Shown here one piece after another: positions 39,915 through 48,636 of a stretch of 64,000 nt of DNA. The stretch is from a virus (lineage: Duplodnaviria > Heunggongvirae > Uroviricota > Caudoviricetes): the IMG/VR virus record IMGVR_UViG_3300032303_001313, positions 81,172-145,171 of that record; one strand, given 5' to 3'. Position 1 is the first letter of the stretch. Each line of letters begins with the position of its first letter. Below the pieces are notes generated by a model. It had not been told where the DNA came from. It ran no database searches and worked only from the letters and a program-made list of their open reading frames with translations. The position numbers and the translations under genes were made by a program.

Positions 39915-40545
39915 TCCACCCTAAAGCCTCGCTAGTAATAGGAAGTTGTTCCACGAATATTCTCTTGCATTCATTAGCAATTTCCATATGTTCTTTTTGA
40001 GTACCATTACCAGAACGTAACTGAATATAGTGAATCCACGAACGAACCGTTCCATGCATGAATAAACGTGTTGGTGTTGCTAGCGGGAGAATGAATCTAC
40101 TACACTCTTTAGCAATTCCATCCTCTATCATACCGTCATACAAGGCTTTCGATTTTGCAAAATGTTCGCGGATTTTGGTATTCCACTTAACCCGTGTTTC
40201 ATCTGTTATATCATCAATACTGTTTTGTCTGTTTTTAGTATCTTGGCGACGTAGTTGAAATACAGGGATTTCTTCCGCTAATAGAGTTGTATCAGCATAT
40301 CTTTGGCTAAACTCTTGAAAGTAAAACGATTTGTGTCTTAGTATTTGTGCTGCAAGACCTCTAGTTGTATTGATTTCAACAATAAATGTTGCCATTTCAA
40401 AGATAGACCAATGTTTGTGATCTATACAATACTTTAACAATTTAGCATAGTTATCGTTGTTTTGATTATTTGGATTGCTTACTCTAGCACAATATGCTAT
40501 TAACTTTTCTGCATCTGGTGTTATAGTAATTAACGTGACGCTCAT
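39898..40545 (-). CDS. thyX: flavin-dependent thymidylate synthase
   Basis: ThyX signature RHKSFYFQEFSQRY (RHRxxSxxxxSxRY). Confidence 0.85.
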   Translation of the reverse strand: MSVTLITITPDAEKLIAYCARVSNPNNQNNDNYAKLLKYCIDHKHWSIFEMATFIVEINTTRGLAAQILRHKSFYFQEFSQRYADTTLLAEEIPVFQLRRQDTKNRQNSIDDITDETRVKWNTKIREHFAKSKALYDGMIEDGIAKECSRFILPLATPTRLFMHGTVRSWIHYIQLRSGNGTQKEHMEIANECKRIFVEQLPITSEALGWNEDQT

Positions 40546-41012
40546 AATACCTCCCCTATGTTTGAAACTTCTATATTGCCATTAGGATAAAATACGAAAA
40601 TGGTTTTGTTTTTCTTTTTAGCATAATCATGAGTATACCAAGTTCCACCTTTGGTTTGATGGGAATTTTCCATTGGAACAACCAACAATATTTCACTATT
40701 ATCCACAATATCTCTATTGCGAGCAAAGTATGTCTTTGGTTCTAGTATAATATCAGATTTATGATATGCTCTTAACGAAGTTTCAATTGGAGGATAATTA
40801 ACAGTTTTGTACCCTAATTCTTGGGCAATATTAGCAACCTCAACATCTACACCAATGCAATCTCCATGATGTAGTTCTAGTTCAAATGTCGAATTTGGGG
40901 GAATAATTAGACTACCTATATTCGATAGAGAAAGATATTCTCTCACAAAAGATTGTTGACTAGTATTCATTCCGTTTCTTGTTCCGGTAACTCCGATATT
41001 TAATGTTTTCAT
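40542..41012 (-). CDS. Rossmann-fold nucleotide-binding protein (SLOG/DprA-like, tentative)
   Basis: GVTGTRNG ... HHGDCIGVDVEVA pattern suggestive of a SLOG-type nucleotide-binding fold. Confidence 0.25.
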   Translation of the reverse strand: MKTLNIGVTGTRNGMNTSQQSFVREYLSLSNIGSLIIPPNSTFELELHHGDCIGVDVEVANIAQELGYKTVNYPPIETSLRAYHKSDIILEPKTYFARNRDIVDNSEILLVVPMENSHQTKGGTWYTHDYAKKKNKTIFVFYPNGNIEVSNIGEVL

Positions 41013-41248
41013 GTTTCATCCTCAACGTATGATATGTCAAATTCTTCTAGTGGACAAAGTTCTTCGTCCCAAACACCGTTTCGTAATCCTCGACCAAGTA
41101 TATGACCAGCCTTTAGCCATTCTTTTTCATAATCTTCTTTAGGAATTCTTTTTGAGGTTCTGCCCCAATCGCAAAATGTAGCATCAAATACCTCTGTTCC
41201 AGCATCAAACCATTCATTAGGTTTGGATATAAACTTAACGTATTTCAT
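41009..41248 (-). CDS. hypothetical protein
   Basis: ORF. Confidence 0.3.
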   Translation of the reverse strand: MKYVKFISKPNEWFDAGTEVFDATFCDWGRTSKRIPKEDYEKEWLKAGHILGRGLRNGVWDEELCPLEEFDISYVEDET

Positions 41249-41730
41249 CTTTCAAATCTATCCGTTTTAGTTTCCCACCAAAAATGTACCATAGTTGTAC
41301 TACCATCAAAATATATTGGACAAAAATCTGGACTAAAAACACTATTTAGATCACAGGCTACACAAGTAAAGAATAAGTCTGATTGATCAAAGCCATAATC
41401 TAATAATTTCTGTTCAATCTTTTTGAAATTGTTGCCACTCAAACAGCCACTATCAATTACTATAAGTTTACTATAAGGATCAAGTTGATCTGGATGAATA
41501 AATGCTTCAAATTCATTCTTATATGGAATATTAACAGGTTCTATATCAATAGGTTCATTTTGATTTGATAATTTATGAGACATTAACTGTGCCATAAGTC
41601 CAGAATATTCATAACTTAATTGTAATATTGCAATTTTTTCTTGATATGGAAATGAATATCTGATCTCATTACAGATTTTATCTATGCACTTAGTTTCCCA
41701 TTCTCGGTCTATGTATAGATTTTTAAGCAT
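41245..41730 (-). CDS. phosphoribosyltransferase-like protein (tentative)
   Basis: KLIVIDSGCLSGNNF resembles the PRTase PRPP-binding loop. The likely start is an internal Met (MLKNLYI); the track ORF extends to 41832. Confidence 0.25.
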   Translation of the reverse strand: MLKNLYIDREWETKCIDKICNEIRYSFPYQEKIAILQLSYEYSGLMAQLMSHKLSNQNEPIDIEPVNIPYKNEFEAFIHPDQLDPYSKLIVIDSGCLSGNNFKKIEQKLLDYGFDQSDLFFTCVACDLNSVFSPDFCPIYFDGSTTMVHFWWETKTDRFER

Positions 41731-42031
41731 AATCGTTTGTTGTAAATTTTTTTGCTTCTTTTTTGTCTTGGAATTGTTTTTGATGATCCAACCATTTATT
41801 ATGGCTAAGATTATTATAGATTTCTGTAGCAACTTTACTCACACTTAAAGCGACCCCAGTTATTGCAGGATCAGAATCCTTGCACCAATAATAACTAGCA
41901 CCGTTAATGGTATCATCTTTTTCTTTTATGATAGAGTAACCCCATTTTTTAGCCCAACTTTTTACTTCTGTTATCTTAAGAGCCATACTTTTGTGCTTGC
42001 AAAGTTTTCTTATACATAAATCCGGCTGCAA
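41723..42031 (-). CDS. hypothetical protein
   Basis: ORF. Confidence 0.25.
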   Translation of the reverse strand: MQPDLCIRKLCKHKSMALKITEVKSWAKKWGYSIIKEKDDTINGASYYWCKDSDPAITGVALSVSKVATEIYNNLSHNKWLDHQKQFQDKKEAKKFTTNDYA

Positions 42032-42263
42032 ATCCTTTCATATACATTTCTTTCATTACAGCAATATGGTTTTTATTTTGATTTACAAAGTCTAGATTTT
42101 GTGCCACCCATTCGTGATAACTTTTTTCTTCGTCGCAAAATTCTTCTGTTTCTATCATAATTTTACTTTCAATATTTAGTAATGTGCTATATACAAGTAT
42201 ATAACCCGTTTCAACTTTGTCAAGGCTGATTTTTTTTGATAGTTTCCCTAATCCAACCAACAA
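41976..42263 (-). CDS. hypothetical protein
   Basis: ORF. Confidence 0.25.
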   Translation of the reverse strand: MLVGLGKLSKKISLDKVETGYILVYSTLLNIESKIMIETEEFCDEEKSYHEWVAQNLDFVNQNKNHIAVMKEMYMKGFAAGFMYKKTLQAQKYGS

Positions 42264-42978
42264 ATTTACTCACCCTTGTATGACCGCCTTCATCATTATA
42301 GATCGACAGGGGCTTTCTTCCCTTTGCCATGATAGAAGAATTTATCCCCACCAATTTGTTATTTATGAACAATCCGCCGCCGCTATCACCAGTAGCAATA
42401 AGAAACTCTAATTCTGTTTTAGGTTTTATTGATGGTGTACATATGAGAAGATCGCTAATTATAAAATCAATTTTGTTTGTTCCCGCCCGTCTGTTTCCAT
42501 CACGAAATTTCTTACCTGTGTTGAAATCGCCCACCCATCCATAACCAGATATATCACCAACTTTTCCAACCTCATCATTATTTGTATACAATTCTGGATA
42601 TGTTTTTAGTTTTAAGTCCGATGACAATCTGCACAACGCTATATCTGCAATTTCAAATCTTTCTTCTCTAAAGTCTGGATGCCGTATTATTTTGTCCACC
42701 AATATAGAGTTCTTGTTTTTAAAATCATGAACACAAACAAACTCATTGTTTTCTAATACATGAGAGGCGGTCAAAACCCAACGTTTATCAATAGCAACAG
42801 ATGATGCTAAAAAGGGGACTAATGTATTATCCTCGTTGTACATTCCTATGATTTGTACTACACAGTCAAATTTCTTACCATGTTCTATGTATTTGTGATC
42901 TGGAGTATCTGGATCAATTGTTCCGGCAAAAATGTTAAGAGAAAAACATAGAATGAGACTGAAAAGTATAGTTTTCAT
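42220..42978 (-). CDS. secreted trypsin-like (S1) serine peptidase
   Basis: Signal peptide MKTILFSLILCFSLNIFA; LTASHV (TAAHC-like His); GDSGGGLF (GDSGGP Ser). Confidence 0.6.
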   Translation of the reverse strand: MKTILFSLILCFSLNIFAGTIDPDTPDHKYIEHGKKFDCVVQIIGMYNEDNTLVPFLASSVAIDKRWVLTASHVLENNEFVCVHDFKNKNSILVDKIIRHPDFREERFEIADIALCRLSSDLKLKTYPELYTNNDEVGKVGDISGYGWVGDFNTGKKFRDGNRRAGTNKIDFIISDLLICTPSIKPKTELEFLIATGDSGGGLFINNKLVGINSSIMAKGRKPLSIYNDEGGHTRVSKFVGWIRETIKKNQP

Positions 42979-43010
42979 GATGCGACCTATTTCTTTAATG
43001 TATATACATG

Positions 43011-43037
43011 AAAAAGGGGCAGCATTATGCCACCCCC
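43011..43037 (-). terminator. rho-independent terminator candidate
   Basis: Minus-strand GGGGGUGGCAUAAUGCUGCCCC imperfect hairpin followed by a U-tract, downstream of the 43065 gene. Confidence 0.3.
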
Positions 43038-43064
43038 TCTATTCATACACATTAACTAGGGATT

Positions 43065-43357
43065 TCACTCTTCGCGAGCGTATGTAACCCCAAATTCTCC
43101 CGGCTTTGCAGGAGCAACAGTGTCTAGTGCGACGAATTCAACAACTGCTGGCGAACTAACGTTTCCAGCGTCATCAACGTCTACTAGGCTTAGAACAACA
43201 TTATCGTTGTCCGAAAATGAGACTTCTCCAAAACTTGTTGTATCTGGAGAAAATGGTGTTGTCTCACGAACTTCACCATTAACTGTAACAGTAAGTCTTC
43301 GTTCTGCGACATCCTTATCTACTACTGCACCGGCAGTTACATTATAAACTAGCATAT
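43065..43357 (-). CDS. hypothetical beta-rich (Ig-like?) protein
   Basis: GC-elevated ORF; probable start at MLVYNVTAG with a GAGAGGG RBS; the track ORF extends to 43538. Confidence 0.3.
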
Positions 43358-43704
43358 GCTTACCCTCTCTTCTTATTAAGTAAACTCTGAAAGCAATTGG
43401 ATAGATATTACGCATATCCATCCTCTTAAGGATTCTTAAGTATTGTCTGAATAGTTTGTTATTTAACCAGAAAAATAGCATTTTTCCCCCTTGGTTCTGC
43501 TTCTGTACTGTTATACACCGTGGAGGAAAAATTTCCAACTACCAACTATGCCCCTCTATTCTGTTTACTATCTGATTTGCCACTTCTTTAATTTCTAAAG
43601 CCTGTATTCTTAATCTTTGTTGTTCAATTTGTCTTTTCAAAGACCCGTTTATATCTTCTAGCAGTTTTATCTTACTGTTAAGACCGTTAATGTAATCATC
43701 CAAA

Positions 43705-44082
43705 TCAAACGATTTCATTTAAAGCCTTTTCCAACTCTTCCAAATTTATCTTGTTTTCTATATTTTCAATAGTACGTTTATTCGTGCTATGGGTGTGTTC
43801 CATATGGCAATTACAGCACATTACGCGACACTTCTTTATTTCGCTGATTAACTCTTCAACACTATGTCTTTTGTGGTACAATCTATACATTCCACCAGCA
43901 CAAGTACGTTTGGAACACCCGTTCTTAGTTACTTCTGCTTTTTCAAATTCTGGTAAATGATCAAAACATAGGGCAGATGGATGTTTGTTATACTTACAAA
44001 TGCAGCAACCAACCGACACCTTGTATATATCGACTAATTCATGCCTACGTTTTATTATCTCAGAACTTGTCACATTAACCAC
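43705..44082 (-). CDS. HNH endonuclease (zinc-finger HNH)
   Basis: CCICKYNKHPSALCFDHLPE...CCNCH pattern. Confidence 0.5.
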   Translation of the reverse strand: MVNVTSSEIIKRRHELVDIYKVSVGCCICKYNKHPSALCFDHLPEFEKAEVTKNGCSKRTCAGGMYRLYHKRHSVEELISEIKKCRVMCCNCHMEHTHSTNKRTIENIENKINLEELEKALNEIV

Positions 44083-44344
44083 TTACCGCAATATCATTTG
44101 GAATTAAGTTGGGAATTAAACATTGCATTGTAGTAAAAGTTGATGGATTACTAAGTATAGTAGACCTTGTTGGAGTCTTCTTATCAAATACTAGTTTGAT
44201 ATGATCCCTTATGATCTGAATTTGCTCTTTGGATAGTTCAGATACATTACTTAGTTCTAAATATCCTTGTAACCAATATATAAAGTTTTCTGGCGTCATA
44301 ATATTCTCCTTATTTATTGTATCACTGCTGTTTGCCATTGTCAA
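44075..44344 (-). CDS. hypothetical protein
   Basis: ORF. Confidence 0.3.
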   Translation of the reverse strand: MTMANSSDTINKENIMTPENFIYWLQGYLELSNVSELSKEQIQIIRDHIKLVFDKKTPTRSTILSNPSTFTTMQCLIPNLIPNDIAVSG

Positions 44345-44897
44345 GCCTGCTCCATACGTTCTTACAAAAATCTATTACTTCATCATCTGAAAAAGTATTT
44401 TTAGCATAGTTATATATCAAAGCAACGAATCTTACATTACCTTCAATGTATCCAATAGAGTTATCTATTCTATCTAGTGACGCTTGATATGGCGTATGAT
44501 GATTAAGTTTTAGAGTTAATTCTATTCCACTAATAGAACATTTACCATCTTGTTTTTCCCAAAGGTCTTTTAGATATTGTGGTGTAATGTTAACATTGTA
44601 ATTTTTTGTGCTTTCTATTTCTCTACGCTTGGCTCTGTTAACAAATGGCTTAAATGGACTAAGTTCATCTTTAGTTCTACCGCCACATTTCAAAGTCCAT
44701 ACTGGAAAAGGTTCGTATGATTTAAGATGATCGCAAGATGCTTTTCCAGCACAGTTCCTGCTACAATAAAAAATCTTTCTTCCTTTACGCTGTTGTCTTT
44801 CTATTTCTTTGGCATTCTTAGTAGATTCTATGCCACAATAATCGCATATGATACTAATTGTTTTTTTCATGATTGTTTCCTCCACAGTATTATACAC
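44322..44897 (-). CDS. HNH homing endonuclease (HNH_3-type; paralogue of 35633..36166)
   Basis: KCSISGIEL...ASLDRIDNSIGYIEGNVRFV; N-terminal CDYCG...C zinc knuckle. Confidence 0.6.
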   Translation of the reverse strand: MYNTVEETIMKKTISIICDYCGIESTKNAKEIERQQRKGRKIFYCSRNCAGKASCDHLKSYEPFPVWTLKCGGRTKDELSPFKPFVNRAKRREIESTKNYNVNITPQYLKDLWEKQDGKCSISGIELTLKLNHHTPYQASLDRIDNSIGYIEGNVRFVALIYNYAKNTFSDDEVIDFCKNVWSRLDNGKQQ

Positions 44898-44927
44898 ACA
44901 AAACGGTGGAGACGCACTAAAAAATAA

Positions 44928-45277
44928 GTGGAGGCGTTGAGATTTGAACTCAAGTCCAGAGTAATTTCAATACAAACTTCTACATCCTTAGTTAATTGTT
45001 ATCGTACAACTAAACAAAACTAACAGAATTATCTGTGTCAGATTGAGTACAATCATCATCCTCATTTATGTTTGGTGAGGCTACCATATCCGATTATCGG
45101 AGTCAGCATGATTGGGCAATACGGTTCATACCACCGCACTCTTGCCTAACTGGGTCAGGCAGCGAGAGCGAAACGAGTTTCGCCAATTAACATTTCAATC
45201 GACTTTTATACTGGCCGGTCGATTAACCAGTGGATGCCATCTATATCTACGTTTACCTGTCGATACCTTTCGCCCCC
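44928..45277 (-). ncRNA. ssrA: tmRNA (SsrA); encoded tag ends ...FALAA
   Basis: Minus strand. The 5' GGGGGCGAAAGGUAUCGACAGG matches the tmRNA 5' consensus GGGG..GG.UUCGAC.GG. The 3' T-arm UUGAGUUCAAAUCUCAA plus acceptor CGCCUCC pairs with the 5' GGGGGCG (one G.U). Internal frame GGC GAA ACU CGU UUC GCU CUC GCU GCC UGA encodes GETRFALAA followed by stop. Confidence 0.7.
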
Positions 45278-45284
45278 GTTTGTT

Positions 45285-45665
45285 TTATTTTAGAAATTTA
45301 AGAAGGTTGTCGGCCCCCTTATATCCTACCGCTCTACCTACCTCTTTTCCACCTTGGAATTTTACGAATGATGGTATGCTCTTTATGTTATACCCCTCAA
45401 CAATGTCTTTTTCCTTGTCGAAGTCAATTTCAATTATGGTGTAAGACTTTAGTTCTTCGGACAAATCCTTGTTTTGTTGCATATCTCTCTGAGCAATTTG
45501 GCAAAAGTGACACCATTTTGCTGAGAAAATTATTAGTGTTTTGTCTTCTTTTTCAACACTAAATGCTGTTACTGCCGACAAAACTAGTGCAAGAAAAAGG
45601 CCCAGTATAACGAATTTGTTCATAAATTGTCTCCACAATGTAAGTCGCTTCCATACTTTATACAC
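45285..45665 (-). CDS. periplasmic thioredoxin-like protein
   Basis: N-terminal TM/signal (FVILGLFLALVLSAVTA) and a WCHFCQ CxxC active site. Confidence 0.65.
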   Translation of the reverse strand: MYKVWKRLTLWRQFMNKFVILGLFLALVLSAVTAFSVEKEDKTLIIFSAKWCHFCQIAQRDMQQNKDLSEELKSYTIIEIDFDKEKDIVEGYNIKSIPSFVKFQGGKEVGRAVGYKGADNLLKFLK

Positions 45666-45851
45666 TCAATTTTCTGGTTGATAAGTCAATTTAGGTATCA
45701 TTTCAGATGTGGTATTTTCAACTTCCTTTAGACTTATTATCAGTATTTTACCTATAGGGTTGGGATCAGAATTGATTAGTTTCTGAATAGCACAGGTTAT
45801 TTCGTAATACGATAATTCTTCGTTTACATGAAAATAAACAGTTTTACTCAT
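45666..45851 (-). CDS. hypothetical protein
   Basis: ORF. Confidence 0.25.
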   Translation of the reverse strand: MSKTVYFHVNEELSYYEITCAIQKLINSDPNPIGKILIISLKEVENTTSEMIPKLTYQPEN

Positions 45852-46017
45852 CTTTTAGACTTTCTAGGTTTTGCAAATGAAATAGTCTTGCAAGTAAATA
45901 GAACCGTTCATTGTCAAGATTTCGTATTTCATCATTAATAAACTCAACCCTACTTTTAATAGAATCAATTTTATTATCGCTGACGTAATCGTTCAACTGT
46001 TTTTCTCTTTTAGTCAT
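45844..46017 (-). CDS. hypothetical protein
   Basis: The track ORF (to 46059) would overlap the tRNA by 27 nt; the internal Met (MTKREKQ) gives a non-overlapping start. Confidence 0.3.
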   Translation of the reverse strand: MTKREKQLNDYVSDNKIDSIKSRVEFINDEIRNLDNERFYLLARLFHLQNLESLKDE

Positions 46018-46032
46018 TATAACTCCTTTATA

Positions 46033-46105
46033 AGCAGCAGAAGGGAATCGAACCCTCAACAGCCAGATTGGAAATCTAGTACTCTACCAGTTGAGTTACT
46101 GCTGC
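46033..46105 (-). tRNA. tRNA-Gly (anticodon UCC)
   Basis: Hand-folded cloverleaf on the minus strand: acceptor GCAGCAG/CUGCUGC, D-stem ACUC/GAGU, anticodon stem CUAGA/UCUGG, loop UUUCCAA, T-arm GAGGG-UUCGAUU-CCCUU, discriminator U. Confidence 0.7.
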
Positions 46106-46383
46106 ACTTCTTCTAGGTGTGGATACCTGTCTCCAACATTATACTCGTCCCATTCGGATTTGTCAAGGTAGACCGTTTCACTTTCTCCATTCTTCGAAAA
46201 AGTAAGCAAGTATTTTGCTTGTACATGAACATCATAAGGAAGAATAAGATCGCCAATAATTACGAATGAACATTCGTTGTGGGCGGGGATAATCCGCTTA
46301 TTAGTTACATTCCCGTCATCTATACATCCAACCATTAGTGCTAGGGATACTAATAGTAGCCCTATTGTGTTAATCATTTTCAT
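46096..46383 (-). CDS. lipoprotein
   Basis: MKMINTIGLLLVSLALMVGC signal peptide and lipobox. Confidence 0.4.
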   Translation of the reverse strand: MKMINTIGLLLVSLALMVGCIDDGNVTNKRIIPAHNECSFVIIGDLILPYDVHVQAKYLLTFSKNGESETVYLDKSEWDEYNVGDRYPHLEEVQQ

Positions 46384-46390
46384 TTATCCT

Positions 46391-46594
46391 TTATCCGTAA
46401 TAGTAAAATTCAAATCCGAATCCTAATAGTCTTATTTTAATACCATATCCCCAATCATATGAAAAATAATAACATTCTGTTCTTAAGTCTAGAGCAAATC
46501 CATAGCGATAAGTATCGTCGGTAATATCGTTAAATCCTGGCTTTTCTATTCCAATAAAGTCTATTGGATGGAAAAATTTTAGTGATTTACTCAT
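46391..46594 (-). CDS. hypothetical protein
   Basis: ORF. Confidence 0.25.
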   Translation of the reverse strand: MSKSLKFFHPIDFIGIEKPGFNDITDDTYRYGFALDLRTECYYFSYDWGYGIKIRLLGFGFEFYYYG

Positions 46595-46791
46595 TTATTA
46601 CACCCCATACACTCTTTACATTTTGGGCATTGAATATGAGGGATAAAATCTGGGTAAGAAGGACTCACAGTATATTCTTCCCCGAATTGTTTTTCGCTAT
46701 CATAAAATTCATTACAATGTGGACAATTCCATTGAGCGGGGCTTTTAGCCATTCTCGACTCTCCAAAACTACCAACTTTGTATGGTTTCAT
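46591..46791 (-). CDS. zinc-ribbon protein
   Basis: CPHCNEF...CPKCKECMGC. Confidence 0.3.
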   Translation of the reverse strand: MKPYKVGSFGESRMAKSPAQWNCPHCNEFYDSEKQFGEEYTVSPSYPDFIPHIQCPKCKECMGCNK

Positions 46792-47063
46792 AGTTTTGAG
46801 AATTCCTCTATTATATGCCTTGCTTGTTCAATCATTTCCGTTGGTGCAGAGTTATGATCAACTCGTATTTTTTCTATTTTTTGCCAGCCATATTCAGACC
46901 AAATAGATAGTAGATATGTAGTATTACTTTGGAAATCAAATCTAAATAGTGTCGATTTTGATTCTTTTGTAAGAATATCGGTTTTATAACTTTTCAGTAT
47001 GATTCCAGCAACAGATTTTGAATTATCGCCAAAAAAATCTTCATTTATGATTTCAATTATCAT
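46788..47063 (-). CDS. hypothetical protein
   Basis: ORF. Confidence 0.25.
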   Translation of the reverse strand: MIIEIINEDFFGDNSKSVAGIILKSYKTDILTKESKSTLFRFDFQSNTTYLLSIWSEYGWQKIEKIRVDHNSAPTEMIEQARHIIEEFSKL

Positions 47064-47370
47064 CTTTCAAAAACGCCTCATTTAGTTTCACGTTAATACC
47101 ATCAGTAAAGCAAATACTGAAATTAGTATCGTATAAAGGTAATCTTACTCCTACAACTTTATTTGTTTCGTCTTCTCTAATTAAACAAATATCAGAACCT
47201 TCTCCCTTAATCCATTCACTATATGTTGACTTACTATTATCCACCATTAGTTCAACGCTTGTAGAATCTTCGTCAATAAACAAAGTTGCACAAGGTTTGA
47301 ACTTTTTAGACTCTTCTTCAAGTTCCTTCATAAAATCTTCCCATAACTTGTCATGGATATTTTTTATCAT
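47053..47370 (-). CDS. hypothetical protein
   Basis: ORF. Confidence 0.25.
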   Translation of the reverse strand: MIKNIHDKLWEDFMKELEEESKKFKPCATLFIDEDSTSVELMVDNSKSTYSEWIKGEGSDICLIREDETNKVVGVRLPLYDTNFSICFTDGINVKLNEAFLKDDN

Positions 47371-47379
47371 TAGTCAATC

Positions 47380-48450
47380 TCACTTAGAAACATCTATGAC
47401 GGTTTGTAGACTCTTATCAAAACTATCTGTTAGTACATTAATCTTCATATCAGAAGGAATATACCCTTTTATATTGCTGAATGCACCTTTTATACTCTCT
47501 GCCACTTGAATCTTAGCATACAAATCTGATCCCGGTACACTATAAGAGGCTAACTTTAACTTTAGAGCATCTGCTTCTGCTCTACCCATAGCAAGAATAC
47601 CTTCTGCTCTTAGTATACCGCTCTCTTTTTCTGCTTCGGCTTCAAAAATTCTTTGCTTTTTGTTGGCTTCTGCTGCTAGAATTGAACTTTCTGCCTTTTG
47701 TTGAGCAAGAAGTAAGGCAACCTCTTTATCTCGCTGTGCTTCTACCACGGTCTTTTCATAATTTGCTTGTGCTTCGGCCTTGGCTTTTTTAGCCTCTGCT
47801 AAAGCCGCACGTTCTTCTTGAACAAATCTAAGTTCTCTTTGAATAGCAACCTGCTTTTGCTGAATTTCTGTAAGATATGTAGGATCAAGACCAATATGTT
47901 TGATATTACAATTCTCTACAATAATCCCCTTCTCTAAGTATTCTGGATGGTTTGTTAGAGCATCCTCTATTTCTTTTTGTAGAGCAACAAGCCCCTCACC
48001 GCTATAAGCATCAATAGCCTTTTTATTGGTAGCATGATCCTTGATAACTCTCAAAAGTGTTGGAATAATAACCTTCTGGTCAATATTTTGTCCAACAGTC
48101 TTGTGATTCTCAACAATCTTTTTAGCGTCAACTCTATATCGTAGACTCATTTCTACTTCCATATCCTGACCTTCGGCAGATTGAACATGGTAAGAATCAT
48201 TCTGACTCTTATCTAATTCAACAACCTGGGCGCTTATATCGTAGGTATAAACCTTGTAGAAGAATCCCGGCATATACATATATGTTTTGGGGGTTAGAAT
48301 TTCGTTCTGAATACCACCGCCCCAAGTTTCTAGAACACCAACCTCATTACCCTTAATTGTTACAGTCTTAAAGAACAATAACGTAAAAACAATCAGCATT
48401 ATGGAAGCAATTCCGATCAGAGTATATCCTACAGCCTTATTCATGTTCAT
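47380..48450 (-). CDS. SPFH/band-7 (prohibitin/HflK-C-like) membrane protein
   Basis: N-terminal TM, SPFH core and an Ala/Glu/Lys-rich coiled-coil (EERAALAEAKKAKAEAQANYEK...). Confidence 0.7.
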   Translation of the reverse strand: MNMNKAVGYTLIGIASIMLIVFTLLFFKTVTIKGNEVGVLETWGGGIQNEILTPKTYMYMPGFFYKVYTYDISAQVVELDKSQNDSYHVQSAEGQDMEVEMSLRYRVDAKKIVENHKTVGQNIDQKVIIPTLLRVIKDHATNKKAIDAYSGEGLVALQKEIEDALTNHPEYLEKGIIVENCNIKHIGLDPTYLTEIQQKQVAIQRELRFVQEERAALAEAKKAKAEAQANYEKTVVEAQRDKEVALLLAQQKAESSILAAEANKKQRIFEAEAEKESGILRAEGILAMGRAEADALKLKLASYSVPGSDLYAKIQVAESIKGAFSNIKGYIPSDMKINVLTDSFDKSLQTVIDVSK

Positions 48451-48629
48451 TTTATCTCCTTTTTAAGATCATTATTGTCACTGGTTATAACTTTGACAGA
48501 TGCAACTACTAGTGCAAAGAAAGTTACAATCAAAATATACGGAAGAAACTTAACAACTACTGATACTTTTAGTAAAGTCAAAATTATCAAAAAAACTATC
48601 CATACCATCAAAAGTGCTATATATTTCAT
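48447..48629 (-). CDS. small membrane protein (possible NfeD-like partner of the SPFH protein)
   Basis: 60 aa with two TM segments; ATGA overlap with the SPFH gene stop. Confidence 0.35.
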   Translation of the reverse strand: MKYIALLMVWIVFLIILTLLKVSVVVKFLPYILIVTFFALVVASVKVITSDNNDLKKEIK

Positions 48630-48636
48630 ATTATCC

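Noticed and set aside
44928-45003. Initial reading of the T-arm/acceptor at 44928..44950 as the 3' end of a 76-nt tRNA
   Set aside because: No complementary 5' acceptor strand lies within 90 nt. The partner strand GGGGGCG sits 350 nt upstream, and the intervening sequence carries a tmRNA 5' consensus and an ALAA tag frame, so it is a tmRNA rather than a tRNA.
45112-45444. Plus-strand 110-aa ORF
   Set aside because: Lies inside the tmRNA gene and the start of the thioredoxin gene on the opposite strand; its translation has no features. Spurious.
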